DNA of 64,000 nt, from IMG/VR virus record IMGVR_UViG_3300048625_000166. One strand, given 5' to 3'. Of the stretch, positions 48,111 through 57,075 are shown in pieces. Position 1 is the stretch's first letter, and every line of letters starts with the position of its first letter. The stretch comes from a virus. Its lineage: Duplodnaviria; Heunggongvirae; Uroviricota; Caudoviricetes. Made by a program: the position numbers and the translations under genes. The notes under the pieces are model-generated. The model did no database searches. It saw only the letters and a program-made list of their open reading frames with translations, and was not told the DNA's origin.

Positions 48111-49313
48111 ATGAGTACTGAAAACAAACTGAACCATTGCTCCTTTTGTGGCAATCATAAAGATGTAGTTAAAAAATTGATCGTTGGCGATGACGTTGCT
48201 ATCTGTAGCGACTGTATTGACCTGTGTACTCAATTAATTGTTGATGACGGCACGGTAGAGGACAATTCTATCAAGACCAATGATCAATATGATCCTGCCT
48301 TAATTAAGACTTACTTGGATCAACACGTTATTGGCCAAGATAGTGCTAAAATGGTACTATCGGTGGCTATCGCAAATCACTATAAGCGAATCACTCATCC
48401 ACCTAAAGATTTAGATATCTCGAAGGGCAACGTTCTTATCGTAGGTCCCACTGGCAGTGGTAAAACATTGCTTGCGAAAACCGTAGCGAAATACCTTAAC
48501 GTTCCATTTGTAGTGGCTGATGCAACTAGCTTAACCGAAGCTGGCTATGTAGGTGATGACGTTGAATCAATGATCAGTATGCTAGTTGCTAATGCAAACG
48601 GCGATACTAAACTAGCAGAGCGCGGAATCGTGTTTGTTGATGAAATCGACAAGATTGCACGTAAGGGTGAGTCTACCAGCTTAACCAGGGACGTTTCAGG
48701 CGAAGGTGTACAACAAGCACTATTGAAACTAGTCGAAGGTACTGTGTGTCGTGTTCCTGCACAGGGTGGTCGTAAGCACCCAGGTGGAGATATGCTAGAA
48801 GTCAACACCAAGAACATCCTGTTCATTGCTGGTGGCGCATTCGTTGGCTTGAAAGACGTTATCGAGCGTAGAACTAACGGCGGTGGCATTGGATTCGGAG
48901 CAACTGTAAAGAAATCCCAACAAGAAAGCAATTTAGGTGAAGTCACTCCTGATGACTTGACTAAGTTCGGCATGATTCCTGAGTTTATCGGTCGATTCAC
49001 TACTACTGTCGCTATTGAGACACTAACAAAAGACGAACTTAAGCGTGTTCTTCTTGAGGTCAAAAACAACTATATCGCCCAGTATCAGTATCTGTTCTCC
49101 ATTGACGGCATTGAGTTGGTATTGGAGGATTCAGCACTGGATCAGATCGTAGATAATTGCGTCAAACTCAAGACTGGCGCACGTGGCTTGCACACTGAGA
49201 TTGAACGTGCCCTAATGCCACACATGTTTAACACTGGTAAATATCGTCAAAACAAGATTAAAAAGATAAATATTAATCAGGAGTTAATTTTAAACCCAAA
49301 ACCAATTGTATGA
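48111..49313 (+). CDS. clpX: ClpX ATP-dependent protease ATPase subunit
   Basis: C4 zinc-binding N-domain CSFCGN...CSDCIDLC; Walker A GPTGSGKT; IGF ClpP-docking loop GIGFGA. Confidence 0.9.
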   Translation: MSTENKLNHCSFCGNHKDVVKKLIVGDDVAICSDCIDLCTQLIVDDGTVEDNSIKTNDQYDPALIKTYLDQHVIGQDSAKMVLSVAIANHYKRITHPPKDLDISKGNVLIVGPTGSGKTLLAKTVAKYLNVPFVVADATSLTEAGYVGDDVESMISMLVANANGDTKLAERGIVFVDEIDKIARKGESTSLTRDVSGEGVQQALLKLVEGTVCRVPAQGGRKHPGGDMLEVNTKNILFIAGGAFVGLKDVIERRTNGGGIGFGATVKKSQQESNLGEVTPDDLTKFGMIPEFIGRFTTTVAIETLTKDELKRVLLEVKNNYIAQYQYLFSIDGIELVLEDSALDQIVDNCVKLKTGARGLHTEIERALMPHMFNTGKYRQNKIKKININQELILNPKPIV

Positions 49314-49528
49314 GAAAAGGCAGACGAGTAATTGTTAATGATGGCAACGTTGAAAAGGCGTTGCGTAAATTTAAAAAGAAGATCGCGGATCAGGACCTGC
49401 TACAGGAAGTTCGTGATCGTGGACAGTTTGTTAAACCTACAATTAAGCGTAAGTTAGCTAAGAGCCAGGCTAAACGTAGATGGCAAAAGTACTTGCGTGA
49501 TCAGAGTTTGCCTAAGAAACTCTATTAA
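49310..49528 (+). CDS. rpsU: ribosomal protein S21 homolog
   Basis: ALRKFKKK...DLLQEVRDRGQFVKPTIKRKLAKSQAKRR matches bS21; ATGA coupled to clpX. Confidence 0.75.
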   Translation: MRKGRRVIVNDGNVEKALRKFKKKIADQDLLQEVRDRGQFVKPTIKRKLAKSQAKRRWQKYLRDQSLPKKLY

Positions 49529-49550
49529 ACCAAAATATTAGAATTTTTTG

Positions 49551-49602
49551 CGTATTTTTAGTTAAATAAATACGACAGTAGATGCCGATGGTCGGGTCTA
49601 CT
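49551..49602 (+). other. two hairpins downstream of the S21 gene (AT-rich CGTATTT/AAATACG, then GC-rich AGTAGA..CCGA-tgg-TCGG..TCTACT), no U-tract
   Basis: Read directly. Confidence 0.45.
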
Positions 49603-49637
49603 ACATGTCATAACTTGCTTATTAAAGGAGAAAACAA

Positions 49638-50075
49638 ATGACAAAAACTTTATCCCTTCGTTCCCTCGACATTCCGTCAATCCACAAATTTGGTATCGGC
49701 TTCGATAACATGTTTGATGAATTAATGCGAATGAATGCTCAACAATCCCTTAACTATCCTCCATACAACATTCTCAAGAATACCGATGATTCATTCGATA
49801 TTCAAGTGGCTGTTTCTGGCTTTAGTGAAGGTGAGATTGAGGTCAATCTTGACAATCGAGTATTGACTATCAAGGGTCAGAAGGCGGAAGATGTAGTTGC
49901 TGAATATCTGCATAAAGGTATCAGTACACGTGATTTCGTGCGTGAGTTCACTCTAGCCGAACACGTTGAGGTAATCAATGCCTCACAAAAAGATGGTATT
50001 TTGACTATTCAACTAGAACGCATCGTTCCAGAAGAAAAGAAACCGAAAAATATCCAGATATCTTATTCTAAATAA
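49638..50075 (+). CDS. small heat-shock protein (Hsp20/IbpA alpha-crystallin family)
   Basis: AAGGAG RBS; aligns along the IbpA length (GFD..F, PPYN, AVAGF.E.EI). Confidence 0.85.
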   Translation: MTKTLSLRSLDIPSIHKFGIGFDNMFDELMRMNAQQSLNYPPYNILKNTDDSFDIQVAVSGFSEGEIEVNLDNRVLTIKGQKAEDVVAEYLHKGISTRDFVREFTLAEHVEVINASQKDGILTIQLERIVPEEKKPKNIQISYSK

Positions 50076-50743
50076 GAATTGCATTTTTCAAAATGCCATC
50101 GTCGCATTCCTGGGGTAGCTCCAGATTTGCCACAATGCGGACAGGTAATCATGATTGAATTAGGATTAACATTCTTTTGAAAATTATGATTACCTTCTCG
50201 AACTAGCTCACGCGCCCGTACTGATTCTTGGTTATATGTTCGACCACTTGATCTGATTCCAATACTAATATTTTTTCGATGTTGATCCGTCTTGAATCCT
50301 TTATAATTATCTTTGTTGGATTTAGGGCCTTGTAATTTTCGGATAAACTCTGGATTTTTAACTTTCGCTTGATTTGCTAATTTAATTTTATTTGCATGAT
50401 CTACTGATTTTGGACCTCTGAGTTTTTCTCTCGTTTCCAATGAATGCTTATGGCCAGTAGTTCCCTCTCCACCATCGGTTTGATTTCTTAGTATACCTGT
50501 CATGTTGTCCTTGCGACCATACCATCTTATCATGCGTCTTTCCAACGCAAAAGCTCCAATTTCAGATAGTGATTGTTCCATGATGATAATTCTACATTCA
50601 TCTACTGGCAAATTTATGCAATGATTTTTGTGCCATGCCCTACCATTAAATCCCTTTCCGATATAGTACGGCGTACCATCGTCGCGCAAATATGCGTAAA
50701 CATAGAACCCAATCGGTGGATTCTTTTTTGAATAAATAGTCAT
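50063..50743 (-). CDS. GIY-YIG homing endonuclease (Seg/I-TevI-like) with NUMOD3 and Zn-finger
   Basis: GFYVYAY...PYYIGKG; [17 protein letters not shown]3; CPHCGK..C zinc finger; GGAG RBS; late promoter upstream. Confidence 0.8.
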   Translation of the reverse strand: MTIYSKKNPPIGFYVYAYLRDDGTPYYIGKGFNGRAWHKNHCINLPVDECRIIIMEQSLSEIGAFALERRMIRWYGRKDNMTGILRNQTDGGEGTTGHKHSLETREKLRGPKSVDHANKIKLANQAKVKNPEFIRKLQGPKSNKDNYKGFKTDQHRKNISIGIRSSGRTYNQESVRARELVREGNHNFQKNVNPNSIMITCPHCGKSGATPGMRRWHFEKCNSYLE

Positions 50744-50805
50744 GCTGATTGCTCCTTGAAAGCGTTAGAGTAGTCGGAGAGGTTAGAGACTCGCGGACTA
50801 CACTT

Positions 50806-50813
50806 TTATTTAT
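50806..50813 (-). promoter_or_regulatory. T4-type late promoter TATAAATA (-)
   Basis: About 63 nt upstream of homing endonuclease ATG 50743. Confidence 0.45.
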
Positions 50814-50823
50814 ACCAAACCAA

Positions 50824-50851
50824 TTGATATTACTTAATTTAGTGATATAAT
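50824..50851 (+). promoter_or_regulatory. sigma70-like promoter TTGATA-16-TGaTATAAT (extended -10)
   Basis: Upstream of clpS. Confidence 0.4.
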
Positions 50852-50857
50852 TAACGA

Positions 50858-50890
50858 GAGTAGTCGAAAGGCTACTCACTTTTTAAATTT
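50858..50890 (+). other. hairpin GAGTAG-N8-CTACTC + TTTTTAAATTT in the clpS leader (attenuator- or terminator-like)
   Basis: Read directly; begins at the predicted transcript start. Confidence 0.4.
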
Positions 50891-50903
50891 AACCGTAAAG
50901 ATT

Positions 50904-51212
50904 ATGCCTACCAAAACTGATACAAAAATTAAAATCAAACCCAACGTTGCTCTACAAGAACCACCGTTGTTTAAGATCATTTATATCAACGATGACGTAA
51001 CGAGCATGGAGTTTGTTGTGTCTAGTTTGATTGACTACTTCAATTACACCGAAGATACAGCCGAGAATATCACCATGGATATTCACAATCAAGGTAGTGC
51101 AGTTGTCGCTATTTTACCTTACGAGATTGCCGAACAAAAAGGCATCGAGGTAACTCTTGACGCACGTAGTCAAGGATATCCACTTCAAGTCAAAGTGGAA
51201 GCTGAGGCTTAA
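50904..51212 (+). CDS. clpS: ClpS ATP-dependent Clp protease adaptor
   Basis: PPLFKIIYINDDVTSMEFVV..L parallels ClpS core [23 protein letters not shown]. Confidence 0.7.
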   Translation: MPTKTDTKIKIKPNVALQEPPLFKIIYINDDVTSMEFVVSSLIDYFNYTEDTAENITMDIHNQGSAVVAILPYEIAEQKGIEVTLDARSQGYPLQVKVEAEA

Positions 51213-51901
51213 ACCTCTATTCTTTTTGCCCAATAAGGGCTCTTATCATAACAAGCGTTATTAATGTAGTTGATGCCATTTAAATTGGTGTCAACTACTT
51301 TTTTATATGTGCCGTACACCCAGTGATTGATCTTGTGTTCAGTATCTGCTTCTAATGCTATCTTCAATGGCAGATGACCATTCACGAAACTTGGCGCTTC
51401 GCCAAAATATAGCTTTTCATCTGGCACACTATTCGATACTACAATAATATTCTTAACATCTAAGTGTTTTTGTAGTCTTTCGATTGTACTCTTGAGGTAA
51501 ATAATATCCTCATGGCGTAATTCTTCGACTTTTAAATCAGTGACCATGTCACTTGGTAACGTGTTGCCGTACCATCCATTTGCTCCTGCAATCGCAATCC
51601 CATCGATAATGACGACATGATGATGCAGTAGAGCCAAGTTACGTATACTACTACATAGCTTGTGTATTTCTTTGGTTCTAGTATCAACGTCAGCTACACC
51701 ATCATATTCCAGTGAACCGAGGGAATAGAACACTCCTTGATAAAACTTACTCAAATGAGATAGGGTTTGATGTATGGTTTTCAAGTCAGGACTAATATTA
51801 CCAGCGATTATGCAATATAAACTAGTCGCCTTGCCTTCCCAATTTAAACTTGCACCTGGTGCAAGATTTAAATCGCTAATTACATCAAACCCAATCTTCA
51901 T
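51209..51901 (-). CDS. calcineurin-like metallophosphoesterase (putative)
   Basis: FDVISDLNL, IIAGNIS, GNHE-like spacing; weak. Confidence 0.4.
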   Translation of the reverse strand: MKIGFDVISDLNLAPGASLNWEGKATSLYCIIAGNISPDLKTIHQTLSHLSKFYQGVFYSLGSLEYDGVADVDTRTKEIHKLCSSIRNLALLHHHVVIIDGIAIAGANGWYGNTLPSDMVTDLKVEELRHEDIIYLKSTIERLQKHLDVKNIIVVSNSVPDEKLYFGEAPSFVNGHLPLKIALEADTEHKINHWVYGTYKKVVDTNLNGINYINNACYDKSPYWAKRIEV

Positions 51902-52230
51902 TATTTTGCTACGCGAATTTTAGCTTTTTTGACTACGGCTTTAGTAGCCTTAGCTTTAGCTGGTTGCTTCGCCGAAGCGGGTTGCTTCTTTGTAGCTTGC
52001 TTCTCAGCAGGGGCTTTCTTGGCACGTGCTTTCTTTGGGGCGGCAACTGGTACCTCAACTGCAGGTGCAGGTTGAACTACTGGTTTTACTTCCTCAACGA
52101 CAGGTGTTTCTACCTTGTACGCGGCTACCGGTGCCTCAACAACAGACTCAACTTCTTGTTTACGTTTGCTGATGAAATACACTAGTGCACCGATGACTAC
52201 GATGCCAATTGCAATGTCTAATGGACTCAT
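51901..52230 (-). CDS. membrane-anchored Lys/Ala/Pro-rich (histone H1-like tail) protein
   Basis: N-terminal TM then KKARAKKAPAEKQATKKQPASAKQPAKAKATKAVVKKAK. Confidence 0.5.
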   Translation of the reverse strand: MSPLDIAIGIVVIGALVYFISKRKQEVESVVEAPVAAYKVETPVVEEVKPVVQPAPAVEVPVAAPKKARAKKAPAEKQATKKQPASAKQPAKAKATKAVVKKAKIRVAK

Positions 52231-52303
52231 TTTTATCTCCTAAACATATATTTACTATTGGACATTTACTACTAATTTTTTGTCTAAAAGTAAACCAAAA
52301 GAT

Positions 52304-52333
52304 TTGATATGTGATAGTTGATTTTTATATACT
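52304..52333 (+). promoter_or_regulatory. candidate promoter TTGATA-18-TATACT upstream of clpP
   Basis: Weak match. Confidence 0.3.
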
Positions 52334-52363
52334 ACATATCTCAATTAATTATTAAGGAGTATT

Positions 52364-52954
52364 ATGAGTCTAGTCCCTATCGTCATCGAACAAACATCTA
52401 AGGGTGAACGTAGTTATGACATTTACAGCCGTCTACTGAAAGATCGTGTTATTTTGCTTGAAGGTGAAGTCCATGATCAAATGGCAAACCTTATCGTTGC
52501 TCAACTACTCTTTTTAGAAAGCGAAGACCCTGGCAAAGATATCAACATGTATATCAACTCTCCAGGTGGCAGTGTCACCGCTGGCATGGCAATCTATGAC
52601 ACCATGCAATTCATTAAGCCAGATATCCATACTATCGTGATGGGTCAAGCGTGTTCGATGGGTTCATTGCTAGCACAAGCTGGAAGCCCTGGCAAGCGTT
52701 TCATGTTGCCTAATGCTCGTCATATGATTCACCAACCATCCGGTGGTGCTCGTGGCATGCAATCGGATATCGAAATCTCCTACAAAGAAATCACTTACTT
52801 GAAAAAGCGTTTGACTGAAATCTACGTCAAACACAACTCCGCTGGTAAGACATACGAAGAATTCGAACGTGACATGGATCGTGATAAGTTCATGAGCGCA
52901 GACGAAGCATTAGCTTATGGTCTAATCGATCAAGTGTTGGAGAAACGTCCTTGA
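52364..52954 (+). CDS. clpP: ClpP ATP-dependent Clp protease proteolytic subunit
   Basis: AAGGAG RBS; catalytic triad context GQACSMGS (Ser), MIHQPSGG (His), [17 protein letters not shown] (Asp); high similarity to bacterial ClpP throughout. Confidence 0.9.
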   Translation: MSLVPIVIEQTSKGERSYDIYSRLLKDRVILLEGEVHDQMANLIVAQLLFLESEDPGKDINMYINSPGGSVTAGMAIYDTMQFIKPDIHTIVMGQACSMGSLLAQAGSPGKRFMLPNARHMIHQPSGGARGMQSDIEISYKEITYLKKRLTEIYVKHNSAGKTYEEFERDMDRDKFMSADEALAYGLIDQVLEKRP

Positions 52955-53622
52955 TTAAGTATACACCAGTTCCAGTATCAGAACACGAATCTATTTTAGG
53001 TAAGAATTTTAAAACTAAGTTTGCGGCAGAAATGTGTGCGTATTACGCACCATTTCAAAACAAAAAGCGAGCCATTCAAGTAGCAAAAGAAACCTGGGAA
53101 TATGCAGTGTCTGACAGTATCCCTAAAGCATCATGGGTTGGTGCAGGCAACTACGTAGCAGACGTTAGGGCGCCGACAGCCGACTTAGATGTTAAGGGTC
53201 TAAGCATCAAGAGCATCACTAATAAGCAAAGCTCAGAGGCAAGTGTGTTGCAAAACAACAAACAAGAAAACGATGGTTTCGGTAAGTTGTTTGAAAGCAA
53301 GGACTACAAATCCCTCAAAACTATGTTTGTCGATCCGATTGATGAAAAGATCAAAGATACTAATAATCTACATCTTTTAGCTATCGTCAGGGAAACTTCT
53401 ACTAAGAAAGTTTACTACTCATTGTTGAAAGTTACTAAGTCCAACTTAAATAACAAACAATTTTTAGACCGAATGGTGGTCGATGGTAAACGCAGTATAT
53501 CACTTCCTATGATTGATCCGCAATTCGGTTACACTTATCTTTATATCGCCAAGCGACGAATTGAGATTAGACTGAACTGCGAAGGCATGAAAGACTACTT
53601 AGTTTATTCACACTCTTATTAA
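52951..53622 (+). CDS. hypothetical protein
   Basis: 223 aa, ATGA coupled to clpP. Confidence 0.5.
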   Translation: MIKYTPVPVSEHESILGKNFKTKFAAEMCAYYAPFQNKKRAIQVAKETWEYAVSDSIPKASWVGAGNYVADVRAPTADLDVKGLSIKSITNKQSSEASVLQNNKQENDGFGKLFESKDYKSLKTMFVDPIDEKIKDTNNLHLLAIVRETSTKKVYYSLLKVTKSNLNNKQFLDRMVVDGKRSISLPMIDPQFGYTYLYIAKRRIEIRLNCEGMKDYLVYSHSY

Positions 53623-53625
53623 TGG

Positions 53626-53653
53626 TTGACAATGGATTACTCCAGTGTATAAT
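53626..53653 (+). promoter_or_regulatory. sigma70-like promoter TTGACA-16-TATAAT
   Basis: Consensus hexamers. Confidence 0.65.
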
Positions 53654-53682
53654 GTACAAACATTCACAACTGGAGTAATTCC

Positions 53683-53841
53683 ATGAAGTCTTTCATTCTC
53701 GGTCTTGTTGTTGTTCTCGGTGCTCTTGGTGGCATTGAATCTAGCATCAACACTATTCCCATGATTCAATCATTTGGCATTGCAATCGTCGGTCTCGCCA
53801 TCATGTTGATCGGTGTCAGTAATCTCCAGTCAGGCAACTAA
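53683..53841 (+). CDS. small membrane protein (52 aa, not on track)
   Basis: GGAG RBS; two hydrophobic helices. Confidence 0.35.
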   Translation: MKSFILGLVVVLGALGGIESSINTIPMIQSFGIAIVGLAIMLIGVSNLQSGN

Positions 53842-53843
53842 TC

Positions 53844-54044
53844 ATGTATACTCTTGTACTATTAGCAAACATGACACTTCTTGGTACATATGCCAACATG
53901 GCATCATGTCAGAATGCGATGCATGAAATCTATGCAGTCAAAATGAATCCTCATGGCAAGCGTTTACCAGAAGTAGACGAAGCAATCAAGGCGCGGATGC
54001 AGTACTCAAAAGATTATGTGTGTTTGCCTGTATCAAAAGATTGA
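53844..54044 (+). CDS. hypothetical small protein
   Basis: 66 aa. Confidence 0.4.
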   Translation: MYTLVLLANMTLLGTYANMASCQNAMHEIYAVKMNPHGKRLPEVDEAIKARMQYSKDYVCLPVSKD

Positions 54045-54069
54045 CAACAAATGGGTTTGGGTATATAAT
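54041..54069 (+). promoter_or_regulatory. sigma70-like promoter TTGACA-17-TATAAT
   Basis: Consensus hexamers; leader ATTCATTCATTGTTTAACACAC shared with promoter at 54864. Confidence 0.65.
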
Positions 54070-54101
54070 TCATTCATTGTTTAACACACCAGGAGATTCA
54101 G

Positions 54102-54350
54102 ATGCAAATCACCCGCTTCAACAAAGATGAAAAGTTTCGTGTCATTATCAGTGGCATTTCTTTTTACGCAACTGCGAGTGAAATTCGAAATGGTGTAGGT
54201 GACACAGCAAAGCCTAATGCGGCAATTCAAAAATGTCTTGATGCACTTGAGTTCATTCGATCGGGTCAAGGCATTGCAGATCAATGCACGACAGGCCTTG
54301 CTGGCACATGGGAAGGCTTCAACGTTCAACTCGACAAACACGTTCGATAA
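54102..54350 (+). CDS. hypothetical small protein
   Basis: AGGAG RBS. Confidence 0.45.
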   Translation: MQITRFNKDEKFRVIISGISFYATASEIRNGVGDTAKPNAAIQKCLDALEFIRSGQGIADQCTTGLAGTWEGFNVQLDKHVR

Positions 54351-54361
54351 GGAGTACTACC

Positions 54362-54565
54362 ATGGGTTATAAAATTCTCCGTGAGCGTGATGCTAAGTGG
54401 CAACCTCGCAAAGGTCTTGAAGGTCCTTTCTTCTATCCCAATGGTCAAGTCTTGTACTACGATCCTAAAGAAGGAATGTACTGGGACCCGACAACTGACT
54501 TTTTCGTTGAGTACGAACAAGTTCAGGAATTGCAAAATATGTTTTTGGAAGTTTTGAAAAAATGA
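54362..54565 (+). CDS. hypothetical small protein
   Basis: AAGGAG RBS before internal ATG of track ORF 54284. Confidence 0.4.
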   Translation: MGYKILRERDAKWQPRKGLEGPFFYPNGQVLYYDPKEGMYWDPTTDFFVEYEQVQELQNMFLEVLKK

Positions 54566-54867
54566 AAATCATTCTAGCTCTCGTTATTGCACTCGCCGTA
54601 GGCACATGTTATGCCAAGGGAGGCGGAGGCGGTGGTGGTCATGGAGGTGGTGGCGGCCATGGTGGCGGCCATGCTAGCTCCAGTGGTCACTCGTCATCGT
54701 CTGGTGGCCATTCAACTTCTACTGCAAAGAGTGGATCGACCAGTGGTGCTCATGAATCTGCACCAGCAAAGTCAACAAGTACTACTTCATCTACATGGTT
54801 TCCTTGGTGGAGTCGTGGCGGCTCTAGTTCGACCCAATGCGACAAGAATAAAGATAAAAACTGTTGA
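54562..54867 (+). CDS. secreted Gly/His/Ser-rich low-complexity protein
   Basis: Signal peptide; GGGGGGHGGGGGHGGGHASSSGHSSSSGGHS. Confidence 0.5.
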   Translation: MKIILALVIALAVGTCYAKGGGGGGGHGGGGGHGGGHASSSGHSSSSGGHSTSTAKSGSTSGAHESAPAKSTSTTSSTWFPWWSRGGSSSTQCDKNKDKNC

Positions 54868-54892
54868 CAATAAATCACAATGGATGTATAAT
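54864..54892 (+). promoter_or_regulatory. sigma70-like promoter TTGACA-17-TATAAT
   Basis: Consensus hexamers. Confidence 0.65.
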
Positions 54893-54922
54893 TCATTCAT
54901 TGTTTAACACACGGATTTCAAA

Positions 54923-55408
54923 ATGGGAACACGTTCTACTATCGCAATCGAGCATTCTAACGGTGCCATCGAACAGGTGTATTGTAATTGGGATGGCTAT
55001 CTTTCCAACAACGGCAAGATTTTGCTGAATCATTACATGGATCCTGAAAAGGTGCGTGAACTGATCAACTTAGGTTATCTGGCTAGCTTGCGTGAAGATA
55101 TTGGCGTAAAGCATCCATTTGATAATCCTCACCAATACAATACAGTTGAATGGGAAGCACATCGTGAACAATATGGTAAGATGTGTACATTTTACGGTCG
55201 TGATCGAGGCGAAGATGGTCATAATGCTTTGTATTTCAAAGACTATGACACATTCTTAGCAGATGGCATGAGTGAAGAATACGACTACATCTTACGTAAT
55301 GACAGTGTGTGGTATGTTAATCAAGGCGAAGGTTTTGAGCCATTGATGGAAGCATATATCGAAGTATTGCGACAAGAGCATGAAGAATCGATATCGGTTG
55401 TAGAATGA
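54923..55408 (+). CDS. hypothetical protein
   Basis: 161 aa. Confidence 0.5.
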   Translation: MGTRSTIAIEHSNGAIEQVYCNWDGYLSNNGKILLNHYMDPEKVRELINLGYLASLREDIGVKHPFDNPHQYNTVEWEAHREQYGKMCTFYGRDRGEDGHNALYFKDYDTFLADGMSEEYDYILRNDSVWYVNQGEGFEPLMEAYIEVLRQEHEESISVVE

Positions 55409-55770
55409 AGTACTACCAGGAAACTACTGATTGGGGCAGTGACACTGCCTTGAATCATATATACTACCTGAACAAAGAAAAGTCATTCATGGTAGGATAT
55501 ATCAAGAATGGCGAGACAGAACTATTTAAGTTCAAGAAGCCAATCAGAATTGATTCACGTGGTCGGCAGTTTAAAGTATTAAACATGAAGGGTGAACCTG
55601 ATTCTGTTTACTTCGGTAAGAAAGAAGATGATACACCCAAGAATGCCATCGAAGTCGAAGGATCAAATGGCAAAAAGTATTACGTGAGTGAATTGGGTGC
55701 TAAGTATATATGTACTTGCCCTGGATTTACGTTTAGACATACGTGTAAACATATTGAGGTGATGAAATGA
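55405..55770 (+). CDS. SWIM-type zinc-finger protein
   Basis: CTCPGFTFRHTCKH (CxC...CxH). Confidence 0.45.
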   Translation: MKYYQETTDWGSDTALNHIYYLNKEKSFMVGYIKNGETELFKFKKPIRIDSRGRQFKVLNMKGEPDSVYFGKKEDDTPKNAIEVEGSNGKKYYVSELGAKYICTCPGFTFRHTCKHIEVMK

Positions 55771-55991
55771 AATATATTCCATTATTTGTTATTGTAACAT
55801 TTTGTGGTATTGCCGGTCTTATTGGATCGACTATCGTTATGACGTTCAGCAAGATCGAAACAAGATATAACTGTGAGTTAGCAGAAATTAGTCCTGACTT
55901 TCCAATCAAGGCAAAGCAGGAATGCAGAGAATTAAGGATAAAAAATGAAAAAGGAACTATTCAAGGAGATAGCACTACAAGCGGGCGGTAG
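55767..55991 (+). CDS. small membrane protein
   Basis: N-terminal TM. Confidence 0.35.
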   Translation: MKYIPLFVIVTFCGIAGLIGSTIVMTFSKIETRYNCELAEISPDFPIKAKQECRELRIKNEKGTIQGDSTTSGR

Positions 55992-56172
55992 TCATTATCC
56001 AGGTGTTGGTGGTGAAACGTTAGAGCGTTTCGCCGATTTGCTTTTGCAGGAAGTGATCAAGGCAGTAGAATCTACCCCAAGACATTGTGCATACACCACC
56101 TATGATTTGGGTGTAGTTGAATGCACTATCGAGAAAACAATCAACACAATCAAAGAACGATTCGAGGTATAA
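55945..56172 (+). CDS. small protein, distant member of the LQAGG/F..LL.E paralog family
   Basis: AAGGA RBS; IALQAGGSHY...RFADLLLQEVIKAVE. Confidence 0.4.
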   Translation: MKKELFKEIALQAGGSHYPGVGGETLERFADLLLQEVIKAVESTPRHCAYTTYDLGVVECTIEKTINTIKERFEV

Positions 56173-56173
56173 A

Positions 56174-57022
56174 ATGAAAATTGCAGTATGCAGTGACCTA
56201 CATTTGGAGTTTCAAGACATTAATCTCAAGAACACCGAGGGTGCTGAGGTTCTTATCTTGTCTGGTGATATCATGGTCGCTGATTATATGCACGATCATC
56301 CAAGCCCAGATCCATACACTCCAGGTGGCATGCGTGAGTACGGCCACAAGATGTTAATGAGTATCAGATTTCGTGACTTCCTTAAACGTGTAAGTTTTGA
56401 GTTCCCTCATGTTATCTACGTTGCTGGCAATCATGAGTTCTATCATGGTAAATGGAAAGGTAGCCTAGACGACTTGCGTTTTCAATGCGGTCAGTTACCA
56501 AACGTTTACTTCCTAGAGAATGATATCAAGACGATTGGCGAACATACGTTCATTGGTTGTACTCTATGGACTGATTGTAACAATGGTGATCCGTTGACAC
56601 TGCATTGTCTCAGTGACATGATGAACGACTTCCGTATCATTCGCAATGATGAAGCTGGGTATACCAAACTGCGACCTGCTCATACATTGAGCCGTCACGT
56701 TAAGAGCAAACAGTACATCAAGAATATCATTCAAGGTATGCATGATGAAAAGTTTGTGGTTGTTGGTCACCATGCACCTAGCAAATTGAGTACACACGAA
56801 CGTTACCAACATGCTGTCCATTCTACAATGAACGGTGGCTATAGTAGTGACTTGAGTGAATTCATTATGGATCATCCTCAGATCAAACTCTGGACTCATG
56901 GACATACGCATGACCCATTTGATTATGTGATCGGTGAGACTCGCATTGTTTGCAATCCTCGTGGCTATGGTGGACATGATCCTCAAGCAGATTTGTTTGA
57001 GTTGAAGTTTTTGGATATCTAA
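56174..57022 (+). CDS. calcineurin-like metallophosphoesterase
   Basis: CSDLHLEF, ILSGDIM, AGNHEF, GHHAP, GHTHD metallophosphatase motifs. Confidence 0.75.
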   Translation: MKIAVCSDLHLEFQDINLKNTEGAEVLILSGDIMVADYMHDHPSPDPYTPGGMREYGHKMLMSIRFRDFLKRVSFEFPHVIYVAGNHEFYHGKWKGSLDDLRFQCGQLPNVYFLENDIKTIGEHTFIGCTLWTDCNNGDPLTLHCLSDMMNDFRIIRNDEAGYTKLRPAHTLSRHVKSKQYIKNIIQGMHDEKFVVVGHHAPSKLSTHERYQHAVHSTMNGGYSSDLSEFIMDHPQIKLWTHGHTHDPFDYVIGETRIVCNPRGYGGHDPQADLFELKFLDI

Positions 57023-57046
57023 ATGCGTTCAGGTGTCCAAAACGTA

Positions 57047-57075
57047 TTGTTAAGTGAAAAGTATTATCGTATAAT
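57047..57075 (+). promoter_or_regulatory. candidate promoter TTGTTA-17-TATAAT
   Basis: Before ATG 57113. Confidence 0.35.

Noticed and set aside
54611-54907. Alternative-frame ORF over the Gly/His-rich gene
   Set aside because: Same strand, different frame of the GC-rich GGN repeat. It has no RBS, and 54562..54867 has a signal peptide and a coupled start.
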